This document shows, piece after piece, positions 1 through 8,304 of a stretch of DNA of 64,000 nt. A program made the translations under genes and the position numbers. The stretch covers positions 1 through 64,000 of IMG/VR virus record IMGVR_UViG_3300045988_144274; one strand, written 5' to 3'. This DNA is from a virus. The notes under the pieces were generated by a model. The model saw only the letters and a program-made list of their open reading frames with translations. It searched no databases and was not told where the DNA came from. Positions within the stretch are counted from its first letter, which is position 1. Each line of letters opens with the position of its first letter.

Positions 1-33
1 CTTTTTTTTTTGTAAAGTTAATGATTTATTTCA

Positions 34-89
34 AATTTCTCTCAAAACGGTTATCAAAAGTTCAATAATGGGCTGATGATTCAGTGGGG
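34..89. repeat. Left copy of a perfect 56-bp inverted repeat (partner 590-645)
   Basis: Base-by-base reverse complement of 590-645 equals 34-89. The match breaks at 33/646 and 90/589. Confidence 0.97.
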
Positions 90-336
90 GAGAGTTGGAG
101 GTTCATCTACAGCTTCGTATGGTGTGACTATGCCTACATCTTTTTATAATACTGAATATAAAATATTTGCGACTGTATACAAACCTAGTAGTGACTCTGC
201 GATATATTCAGCTTCTCCTATAGCAACAAATAAGACCGTTAGTAGATTTTACTTAAATAGGAATTATGCAAGTGGGGGTACTACTGGATTATCGCAAGAA
301 TCATGGGATTGGTTTGCAATAGGACGTTGGAAGTAA
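76..336 (+). CDS. Silent alternative tail-fibre C-terminal cassette (would fuse to the fibre after inversion)
   Basis: Starts inside the left IR (MIQWG). Homologous to the C-terminus of 337..1269 (MPTSF..., W.F/W.AIGRWK end). No obvious own promoter. Confidence 0.6.
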   Translation: MIQWGRVGGSSTASYGVTMPTSFYNTEYKIFATVYKPSSDSAIYSASPIATNKTVSRFYLNRNYASGGTTGLSQESWDWFAIGRWK

Positions 337-589
337 TTATTTCCATCTGCCTATTGCTATCCATTCAAAGTACCAAGTTGTAGTTTCAACATTAGTACTT
401 CCTTGCCCTATATATCTAGTATAAATAGTAAAATTGGAAGTATTTTTAGTATAAACAGAGGGTGAATAAACTATTCTTTCATATATATTACTTAATATAC
501 CTGCTGATTGTACGTTATAAGTGGAATTAATAAAGCTCGTAGGCATAAATACGGTTTTCCCACTACCTGCCCCTGCACCTTGTGTATAT
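90..589. other. Putative invertible DNA segment (500 bp) carrying two opposed tail-fibre tip cassettes
   Basis: Flanked by the 56-bp IRs. The two cassettes meet stop-to-stop at 336/337, and both are in frame with the IR-encoded MIQWG. Confidence 0.6.
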
Positions 590-1269
590 CCCCACTGAAT
601 CATCAGCCCATTATTGAACTTTTGATAACCGTTTTGAGAGAAATTATGCGCTGAATCCCAATCTAAGCCGCTTCCACCACCGCCAGCACTTATATCTAAT
701 ACAGACCAATTATTTGTACTTAGATTTAAAGAATATAAAGTTATAGCATCATTATATGGAATACTAAAAACCACATCAGAACCATCTACTATGCTAAAAT
801 TCAATACACCTACATAGCCTTTTCTATCAACACTAGTTTGTAAATAAAGAGGAATAACTTTAACCCCCCATCTTTTTAAAATAGTCATTACTTCTGCCAA
901 TTCATTATCGGTTGCAGCCTTGCCATCTGATATTAATTCAAAATTTAAATTATCAGTATTAACCATATATATATCACCTCCACCACTACTTCCTATTCCT
1001 GCATCCTCAAATGTATTGCTAGAATTTAACCTGTAATATCTATCATTTTTTACATATACTAGCATTCCTTCTTTTCTTCTTGCAGCAGGAATAGCATTCA
1101 TCTCGCTTACACTATCTACTGTTCTATATCCTCCTACACCATATTTTTCGTCATGAGTAGCATATTCGTCTGAATCAGTATAGGGAACTATTTTAGATGC
1201 AACATTTGTACCTTTGATTTCTGCCATAAGATTATATTTTGGAGAGAGAGCGATTTTGCCCCCCCCCAT
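337..1269 (-). CDS. Tail fibre protein with exchangeable C-terminal tip
   Basis: N-terminus (MAEIKGTNVASKIVPYTDSDEYATHD...) is paralogous to 1280..3364. The C-terminal tip is homologous to 76..336. Sits in the tail-fibre cluster. Confidence 0.75.
   Translation of the reverse strand: MGGGKIALSPKYNLMAEIKGTNVASKIVPYTDSDEYATHDEKYGVGGYRTVDSVSEMNAIPAARRKEGMLVYVKNDRYYRLNSSNTFEDAGIGSSGGGDIYMVNTDNLNFELISDGKAATDNELAEVMTILKRWGVKVIPLYLQTSVDRKGYVGVLNFSIVDGSDVVFSIPYNDAITLYSLNLSTNNWSVLDISAGGGGSGLDWDSAHNFSQNGYQKFNNGLMIQWGYTQGAGAGSGKTVFMPTSFINSTYNVQSAGILSNIYERIVYSPSVYTKNTSNFTIYTRYIGQGSTNVETTTWYFEWIAIGRWK
590..645. repeat. Right copy of the perfect 56-bp inverted repeat; lies inside the tail-fibre ORF 337..1269
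   Basis: Reverse complement is identical to 34-89. Encodes ...FSQNGYQKFNNGLMIQWG of the fibre. Confidence 0.97.
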
Positions 1270-1279
1270 TTGTAAATAA

Positions 1280-3364
1280 TTATTTAAATTCTACAGAGAG
1301 GACTCCTGTCTGAATATTCGCTAGTCGCATAATTGAGTATGTAGCACTTCCTCCTGATGCATTGGTTACAGTAGCACTTGTAGTAACGACATCTGTATTT
1401 TTTAGTCCTCCTACCCAAAATTCGGGAGTTCCTAATGAAGATGGTATTACATAATAGACATACTTTCCGCCCGTACAGTCAAAAGTAGTTGCGCCCATAG
1501 CTTTTGAACCAGCCCATGTACTTCCTGCTAATGCAATAACTTGGGAAGAAGTTAGAGAAGCACTAGTTGATGTACCCCAATACTTTTTATATTTAAAAGT
1601 ATAATTTACAGTTTTGGTAGCATTTTGTGAACCGTAGGTAGCCTTAACTGCAACAGAAGTATTAGATGATATATTTGTTGATGGTGTCCAAGTTTTTTTA
1701 TCAGAACTTAGCGAACCTGTCACACTTCCTGATGCTGTTACTGTTATTGTCGAACTAGAAGTGACATCTGTTCCTTTTCTAGTTACAATTATACCTATTG
1801 CATTTTTATTGCTTGACCCTACTTCAAAAGTTCCTCCGCCACTAGCAGTTAACGATAGAGGGAATGTAGCTAATTCTATCTCTTGCAGGGTCTTGTACAT
1901 ATCTGCTGTCATAACACCTGCTTTTGTAGTTGTAGCGGCAGGTATATCATATCCATCGCCAGTATTAACCTCTCCAATCAAATATACTATATCATTTTGT
2001 AATCTAACAAAATTGGCTTCCGGTTGAACAACCAAATCCTTTAATATGCTTGTGTTCCCTAATGAATTAAACAACGACATATTATGGAAAAAATCACGTG
2101 CAGCTCGTGTTCCTGTTAGATTAGTACCACTACCAAAATTTGTATAAAGCGTGTTACCATAGTCACCTCGGAAAGCGGTAGAAGAAGTTGTACCTAAAGC
2201 CAAAGCGTTTCCGCTACCGATATTAACCATATCCGTACCAGTCCAATAATACGATTTGTTTGCATTTTGGTCAATATAAATCATATCATTACCAATAGGG
2301 TCAGATACAGAACCGCTTGTAGCACTTGTTGCAGTAAATATCTTCTTAGTAGTAGTATTATACCATTTTTGCCCGATAGTCATTCCAGAACTAGGGTTAG
2401 TTGTAACAAATGCTACTAACTTGTCAACGTTATCATATCCTGCCGGAAGCTGTGACGCTGAAATCTTACCGCTAGCATCAAGACCCGCTACGCCATTAGC
2501 CTGATTCTTATTGCCTATACCGTTCTTCCATGTTTCAAGAGTAGTAACCCTTCCTGAAACAGCATTTATACTTCCATCTATCGCAGTTCTTTGTGACTTA
2601 ACATAAGTTACTACAGCACCCACAGACGGGACTGCATCATGCGCTGTCTCTGTTCCATCAATACCAGTATCTATCTTTGATTTTGGGATAGCCGCATTTG
2701 CTATATTATAAGCTTCAACAGCACGGTCTAGTACGCTCTGTATTGCTATTGATATATTTGTAGCGGTTGTATTTAATAGCTTTGTACTAGGAACTCTTGT
2801 ATCTAATACATTATCGTCAAAAGCTGTATCAATATAGCTTTTAGGAATAGCTGCGTTAGCTGTTGCTAATGCACTATCTGCTTTAGCATTTGCCGAATTT
2901 GCTGTAGTTTTTATAGGTGAAATTGCACTGTTTATTGCCTTTGATGAAGCCGGATTGTCACTTGTTGCGTTCCAAACTGTATCAACAGTAATAATAGGAA
3001 TGTTATGAGTATATTCTGAAAGGAGTGTTATATTATTTTCTATAGTATGCACCCTAGTTGTTATCGCCTTATTTTGTACTGGATTAGTACTGGTTGCATT
3101 AAGAGCTGTATCTATTACAATATTCCCTTTAGGTAACCATTCAACCCAAGCATTATTTTTCCACTCATAGTTCAAACCATTCGCTGTCACACGAACAATC
3201 ATACCCTCCGTTTTTCGCTCAACCGGAATTGCGTCACGATCCTCGATTGTCGATACACTTCTAAAACCACCTTTCCCATACTCCGCATCATGTGTTGCGT
3301 ATTTATCAGCATCGGTGAATGGAACTACTATCGCAGCGACCTGCGTTCCTTTTAATTCTGCCAT
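1280..3364 (-). CDS. Tail fibre protein (694 aa)
   Basis: Shares its N-terminal ~60 aa with 337..1269 and its C-terminal ~110 aa (KKYWG...FDCTGGKY.YY.IP...MRL.NIQTG.L.VEFK) with 3373..7098. Ala/Thr/Ser-rich repeats. Confidence 0.75.
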   Translation of the reverse strand: MAELKGTQVAAIVVPFTDADKYATHDAEYGKGGFRSVSTIEDRDAIPVERKTEGMIVRVTANGLNYEWKNNAWVEWLPKGNIVIDTALNATSTNPVQNKAITTRVHTIENNITLLSEYTHNIPIITVDTVWNATSDNPASSKAINSAISPIKTTANSANAKADSALATANAAIPKSYIDTAFDDNVLDTRVPSTKLLNTTATNISIAIQSVLDRAVEAYNIANAAIPKSKIDTGIDGTETAHDAVPSVGAVVTYVKSQRTAIDGSINAVSGRVTTLETWKNGIGNKNQANGVAGLDASGKISASQLPAGYDNVDKLVAFVTTNPSSGMTIGQKWYNTTTKKIFTATSATSGSVSDPIGNDMIYIDQNANKSYYWTGTDMVNIGSGNALALGTTSSTAFRGDYGNTLYTNFGSGTNLTGTRAARDFFHNMSLFNSLGNTSILKDLVVQPEANFVRLQNDIVYLIGEVNTGDGYDIPAATTTKAGVMTADMYKTLQEIELATFPLSLTASGGGTFEVGSSNKNAIGIIVTRKGTDVTSSSTITVTASGSVTGSLSSDKKTWTPSTNISSNTSVAVKATYGSQNATKTVNYTFKYKKYWGTSTSASLTSSQVIALAGSTWAGSKAMGATTFDCTGGKYVYYVIPSSLGTPEFWVGGLKNTDVVTTSATVTNASGGSATYSIMRLANIQTGVLSVEFK

Positions 3365-3372
3365 TTTTCTTA

Positions 3373-6300
3373 TTATTTAAATTCAACTTCTAGAATCCCA
3401 GTTTGAATGTTATTTAGACGCATTACTTTGTATGTTTCAGTTACGTTTTTACCATTTGTTATTTCCATATCATAGACAATAACATCGGTATTCTTGAAAC
3501 CGTTTATCCAAAAACTAACGCCTTCTCCATAAACATCAAACGGTATAATGTAATAAATATATTTCCCACCTGTACAATCAAAAGTCGTTTTCCCCATAGT
3601 ACGACTAGCCCATCCGTTATTCATTAACATCACATCACCATTGGTCAATTCAGTTACAGAAGATGCGCCCCAATACTTTTTCAAAGAAAAAATATAGTTT
3701 GCTGTTTTTTCAATAGATTGGCTTCCGTAAGTACAAATCACTTTATAATTTTTATCTGTAGTAATTGTAGTAGGAGACGAATATTTGGATTTCTCCTCAT
3801 TAACTCCTTCCGTGCTCCCATTTACGGTTGCAGTTGTTGGCACAACTTCTTCATCTTTATATAAAATAGACCAAAAAATATACGGAGTAACAACTGATCC
3901 CTTTTCAAAAGTTCCTCCGCCAACAAAAGTATCGAACGAAATTTTAAATACCTCGTCCATTAATTCATTTATATTCATAGTTACAACTTTATTTTGCACT
4001 GCATTTGTTGAATTTAAATCCAAGTGGTCGTCTATTGTTATGCTACCACCGCCACCTGTCGGTATGTTAACTGTAATTGGTGCAGAACCATCATATATAG
4101 CTTGTATTGCACCTGTAAAAGAAAGAGCATTAGGATTAGGAAGTTTTGTCGGAGTGTCAGGAACTTTAATCCACTCTTTGTTTTTACGACCATATAAGAT
4201 GTTATTGCTTGGGGCATCAGTTATGCCTTCTGTCATACTCTTTCTTTCCTGCGTCCATTCCGTAGAACCAACTTTTTTTACAAGTACGACATCTTCTGTA
4301 GCAATCTCATCTACAATAGGATTGACATTATATAAACTACCAAGAGTTTGAGGAATTTCTACAGCTTTGATAATCCCGGAATCTTCCTGTATGAAATCTC
4401 CGTTACCCTCTTGAATATTATCTATGCCACCTTCACGCAGGAAATCGGTAGCTCCTTCCTCGCTATTCCCAGTAACATAAATCCCGTCTTTAAATATTAT
4501 ATGTCCGTTAGCTGTATCATCAACATCTTTTCTAATAAAGTATTTCAGTCCCATCTTTAAAAAGTCGATAGAACCGATAGACGACATAATATCCTGTTTT
4601 ACAGCATCAATAGATTTTTGGACATTACCTTTACGTATCGTTATGGTATCGGATAATTCTACCGTAATTTCAGGAAGAGGGTCTGTCTCATTTACCTTAT
4701 AAGTGTATTGACTGATATACAGTTCATGCAGCTTGTTGTTATACTCTATCTGCAATCGTGCATTAGCATCAATCTGTGAAAGCATTTCAGGATATTCAGC
4801 AAAGAATATACGCTTAAAGTTAATAGAGAAGTTGAATTTTTCACTATTATTGGCAGCCATATACTTAATGATAGCTTCTTTAAGCTCATTCTCTGCATTA
4901 AGGATATATTGTTTAGGCAAATCAATATGTAACAGAACAAACGAATCTCCTGATTTAGGCTTATAGTTGCGGTTGTTAGATGGCATTACAACTCCGAATG
5001 TATCATCATCTTTGCTTACCCTAATCCATACCTCATTTGTGGTTGTATCTTGTTGTTGAGGCTGAATATTTGCCTCATTCCATTTATCATCCTCACTACC
5101 TGTTACAATATTGCCATTAGAATCCACTTGTACAGGATTCTTGAATATTGTGATATTATTGTCTTTATCTTCTACTTCTAATACGGATATGACAAAATTA
5201 CAAGCAGCACAATTACCACTCGTCATTGAGATGGTCATATCACTACCTACGATAGCTTGGTCAAAGAGATTAAAGCCATAATCCCCATCAAATTTTCTTA
5301 GCTTTATGTAGAAATATTTATGTTCGTATTCATTTGTGTTAGGGTCTATTTCATCGTTATCATCATCATCAAAAGCTACATCTAATATTTCTCCTATTTT
5401 ATATCCTGCTGCATTTTCAATACCTTTAATAGTTGGCTTGATATAGTCAAAGGAAACAATCATTTCCTTAGGATTACCTTCCGTATAAGGGTTCTCGAAG
5501 TCGTAGTAGCTTCCTGTATCAGGATTTATATAGGTTTGGTTTTTTGCGTCATAGAATCGTTCTGCACCAAACGTCTCTCTGTATATAGATGGCAATAGAT
5601 TAGGAGAAGTAATCATATAATTTCCTTCAACTTGCTTTTGAACAAAGTAATCTCCAATAGAAGGTGTTTTTGTAATATATATGCCAATATTGCTAAGACT
5701 AACAGTATTATCTTTATAACTCCATAAGTTATATTCTGCTGTTGATTCTCTACTTATTTCAAGAAAAGCTTTTTGATTCCCATATACATAATAATCACTA
5801 ACATTTACTAAGGTAGAATAAGAACCTACTATTTTTAATTTATTTGTTCCTTCATTAAGATTAAACGATACTGTCGTTTCAGAGTTTTGGTCGGCTTTAA
5901 TTAAAATCCAATCTGTATCTGATTCATTTCTTTTATATAAAGAAAATGAAGCAAAATCCATTTTTCTTGAAGCTTGCTTTTCTCCCAATATAATACCACC
6001 CTTTTGTATATAGGAATATTTTAAGTTAGCCCATAATTTTAAAGTTAAATAAATAGTAGCTTCATCAGATAAATCTATTATTGCATAATAATTATAAGAC
6101 GTTTCAAACCATTTAAAATTCGCTGTAGATCCATCTCTAATAGTTGGAACAGTCTCTACCGCTTGTGTATAAGGGTATTGCTCATTTAAATTAATGTATA
6201 ATTGAGTAGTAATAGGAAGCTTAGTTTTTTTAAATTCAACCTTTTCTTCCAATGAAACCTTCTCTTTATATAAATCGTTATTTACGACTTGTATATCTTC

Positions 6301-7098
6301 TGTTTTAATTGAGATATTATCTTCTCCGGCAACAGCCCTGACATCTCCTTTTCTCGTATCATTTGGATAGTAATAAGGAATATTTTCAGTACTACCGATA
6401 CCTGTACAGCGATTAACTATTTTATAGTTTGCGTTTGTTTTGGTTATTGTCAGTAGTTCCCTATCATAACCGTATTTAAATGTATGAGTAATAGCATTAT
6501 TAGTAAATCCGATATGGATTACCTTACCGACAAAATAATAAGGTAGTTCATAAACATTAAATACTTCTTGTAGAACTTCACTAAAATACTTGTCCTCAAA
6601 CGACATTAGTTTAGCTTCGGAGGATATACCTTCGTCAATTACAACAGAATAACCTACTCCACTGTATTGTAAAGAGTAATTCAATCTTGTTGCAAACTCT
6701 GCAATATCTCCAAAGAAGGTGAACTTTGTACTATTGCTGACAAATTGGTCTACATCACCTGCATCAGGAGATACTACATCAAAGAAATAAGTATTATCCA
6801 GTTTAGTTCTATCGGATTTAAATACAAGCTCATGTTTATATCTTAAATCTGTATTTGACTTAGATGAAGTAGGTGTATCTAAAATCCAATATCTTTCTCC
6901 CCTAAATTCCACAAATTCCCTCTGCGTCCATTCATCATCCAAGCACTTAGGATACATGAGACTGCTACTTATATTTACGCTACCCATTCTTCCCTCGGTG
7001 AATGTATAACTACTAAGGGCAGCTTGCGTTCCATCTTTAGGGAAAGATATAACGCCTAATTCCTCATCATCAGTATATATAAGTAACTTTTCTACCAT
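3373..7098 (-). CDS. Large tail/baseplate structural protein (Tal-like N-terminus, fibre-like C-terminus)
   Basis: 1241 aa. The N-terminus resembles the siphovirus tail-associated / prophage-tail N-terminal region. The C-terminal domain is paralogous to 1280..3364. Confidence 0.65.
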   Translation of the reverse strand: MVEKLLIYTDDEELGVISFPKDGTQAALSSYTFTEGRMGSVNISSSLMYPKCLDDEWTQREFVEFRGERYWILDTPTSSKSNTDLRYKHELVFKSDRTKLDNTYFFDVVSPDAGDVDQFVSNSTKFTFFGDIAEFATRLNYSLQYSGVGYSVVIDEGISSEAKLMSFEDKYFSEVLQEVFNVYELPYYFVGKVIHIGFTNNAITHTFKYGYDRELLTITKTNANYKIVNRCTGIGSTENIPYYYPNDTRKGDVRAVAGEDNISIKTEDIQVVNNDLYKEKVSLEEKVEFKKTKLPITTQLYINLNEQYPYTQAVETVPTIRDGSTANFKWFETSYNYYAIIDLSDEATIYLTLKLWANLKYSYIQKGGIILGEKQASRKMDFASFSLYKRNESDTDWILIKADQNSETTVSFNLNEGTNKLKIVGSYSTLVNVSDYYVYGNQKAFLEISRESTAEYNLWSYKDNTVSLSNIGIYITKTPSIGDYFVQKQVEGNYMITSPNLLPSIYRETFGAERFYDAKNQTYINPDTGSYYDFENPYTEGNPKEMIVSFDYIKPTIKGIENAAGYKIGEILDVAFDDDDNDEIDPNTNEYEHKYFYIKLRKFDGDYGFNLFDQAIVGSDMTISMTSGNCAACNFVISVLEVEDKDNNITIFKNPVQVDSNGNIVTGSEDDKWNEANIQPQQQDTTTNEVWIRVSKDDDTFGVVMPSNNRNYKPKSGDSFVLLHIDLPKQYILNAENELKEAIIKYMAANNSEKFNFSINFKRIFFAEYPEMLSQIDANARLQIEYNNKLHELYISQYTYKVNETDPLPEITVELSDTITIRKGNVQKSIDAVKQDIMSSIGSIDFLKMGLKYFIRKDVDDTANGHIIFKDGIYVTGNSEEGATDFLREGGIDNIQEGNGDFIQEDSGIIKAVEIPQTLGSLYNVNPIVDEIATEDVVLVKKVGSTEWTQERKSMTEGITDAPSNNILYGRKNKEWIKVPDTPTKLPNPNALSFTGAIQAIYDGSAPITVNIPTGGGGSITIDDHLDLNSTNAVQNKVVTMNINELMDEVFKISFDTFVGGGTFEKGSVVTPYIFWSILYKDEEVVPTTATVNGSTEGVNEEKSKYSSPTTITTDKNYKVICTYGSQSIEKTANYIFSLKKYWGASSVTELTNGDVMLMNNGWASRTMGKTTFDCTGGKYIYYIIPFDVYGEGVSFWINGFKNTDVIVYDMEITNGKNVTETYKVMRLNNIQTGILEVEFK

Positions 7099-7102
7099 TA
7101 TA

Positions 7103-7133
7103 TTTGCTATTTTAAAATAAAGCCGTATATTTG
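7103..7133 (+). promoter_or_regulatory. Bacteroidota-type promoter-like element, TTTG-N19-TAnnTTTG
   Basis: TTTG at 7103-7106, a 19-nt spacer, and TATATTTG at 7126-7133, on the strand opposite the surrounding genes. Confidence 0.35.
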
Positions 7134-7172
7134 TATGTGTTTATTATATGGCTTTGGATAAGGACATTTTTT

Positions 7173-7225
7173 CCCACTACGTTTATCGACATTTGCGTAG
7201 TGGGGTTCTTTATTCTTTATTATTT
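7173..7225 (+). terminator. Intrinsic terminator oriented for the plus strand
   Basis: A 9-bp stem (cccactacg 7173-7181 / cgtagtggg 7196-7204) followed by a T-rich tract. On the minus strand it would be followed by A6. Confidence 0.45.
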
Positions 7226-7600
7226 TCTTTCATGGATTGGTGCAACGCTTCTACCTTTTTTAGTTATTAGCTCTTCGGCTCGGTCTACGAAATCAGATAC
7301 GGGACACACTGCATCTTTTGGTAAATGGGAACATTTAACCCATTGTTGAATAGCTTTCTGTAATACAGAATTGGTTATTTCTATTTCACCTAATCTTCGT
7401 TCCAATTTTTGCCTTTCTTGTGCAGCCTCTAGCTTGTCCTCTTCTCTCTCTTTCTTTATAGTTTCTATTATTTCACGAAGAGTTTTTACCTCGTAGGATA
7501 TTTTTTCAGGACGTGCTTTATAGAAAGCTATCAATACTGTCAATATTCCCCCACTTCCCCCTATAGCTAATGCTAATTGTATAATATTTGACCAATCCAT
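7220..7600 (-). CDS. Membrane-anchored coiled-coil protein
   Basis: N-terminal TM segment (IIQLALAIGGSGGILTVLIAF), then a charged coiled coil. Operon context. Confidence 0.55.
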   Translation of the reverse strand: MDWSNIIQLALAIGGSGGILTVLIAFYKARPEKISYEVKTLREIIETIKKEREEDKLEAAQERQKLERRLGEIEITNSVLQKAIQQWVKCSHLPKDAVCPVSDFVDRAEELITKKGRSVAPIHERK

Positions 7601-7648
7601 TATTTCTATATTTCTTTGTTAATATTTATACAAAGATAATAATATTTT

Positions 7649-8005
7649 TTATAACACGGTATTTTTTGTACTCTTTCTTGTTTTAGAAGAAGTAGTTTTC
7701 ACCGTTGGAGATTCAAGAATAGATTCGCCTAAAACAGAATTATCTTGACTAGTCCATTCGCTACTTTGCAATAAAGTATTTAGGGCATCTCCTTCATAAG
7801 TAGGATATGGATATATTGGTTCAACAGGAGTATCTTCTCCTAGTTCAGGAAGAGTTACAGCAAGAGGGAAAAGTAATTCGTAATTTGCGACTTTCATTAA
7901 TACAGATTCCCCATCTGTGCTTACTCTAGGTACTAAATGCAACTCATTTAACGTCTCTTGTGGAACTTCGTCTAAAACGGATTTTGGTAATACAATATAT
8001 TTCAT
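7649..8005 (-). CDS. Hypothetical protein
   Basis: ORF in the operon, tightly spaced with 8007..8303. Confidence 0.5.
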   Translation of the reverse strand: MKYIVLPKSVLDEVPQETLNELHLVPRVSTDGESVLMKVANYELLFPLAVTLPELGEDTPVEPIYPYPTYEGDALNTLLQSSEWTSQDNSVLGESILESPTVKTTSSKTRKSTKNTVL

Positions 8006-8006
8006 C

Positions 8007-8303
8007 TTATTTTATAATTAAGTAAATAATTAAACAAACAATATCAATCAGTATAGGATATGTCATACCCGCAAGAATATCTAGCCAATCAAACAAAGAG
8101 CCATGTTCCTTGTCTTTATATTCAGCTGACATCATAGAAGCTACTGTAGCTCCTGTAGCGATAACAGCATTAGGAATAAGTTCTATCCCTAATGCAAAAC
8201 CTACTACAAAAAAAGTACAATAGATGATAGCACCCACGTATGAGTGCTTATCTCTATTGCTTTCTTTATACCAAGCTTTTATTTTTTCAATTAACTTTTT
8301 CAT
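8007..8303 (-). CDS. Small multi-TM membrane protein (holin-like; speculative)
   Basis: 98 aa with 2-3 hydrophobic segments, abutting the giant fibre gene. Confidence 0.45.
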   Translation of the reverse strand: MKKLIEKIKAWYKESNRDKHSYVGAIIYCTFFVVGFALGIELIPNAVIATGATVASMMSAEYKDKEHGSLFDWLDILAGMTYPILIDIVCLIIYLIIK

Positions 8304-8304
8304 T

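Noticed and set aside
34-89. Hin/Gin/Cin-type crossover site inside the 56-bp IR (TTCTCTCAAAAC and TTATCAAAAG resemble the TTATCAAAAACC half-site of hixL as I remember it)
   Set aside because: The two half-site-like strings are in direct rather than inverted orientation. I could not find the 12-2-12 dyad, so I do not claim a hix/gix-like site.
3785-4351. Long plus-strand ORFs inside the fibre genes (1761..2027, 3785..4351, 4348..4560, 9890..10150, 11383..11649 and others), and minus-strand ORFs inside the tape measure gene
   Set aside because: They are antisense shadows of much longer, motif-supported genes. They have low-complexity Ser/Leu/Phe-rich composition and no operon logic.
7131-7349. 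72-aa plus-strand ORF
   Set aside because: It runs through a terminator hairpin and antisense into 7220..7600, with hydrophobic junk composition.
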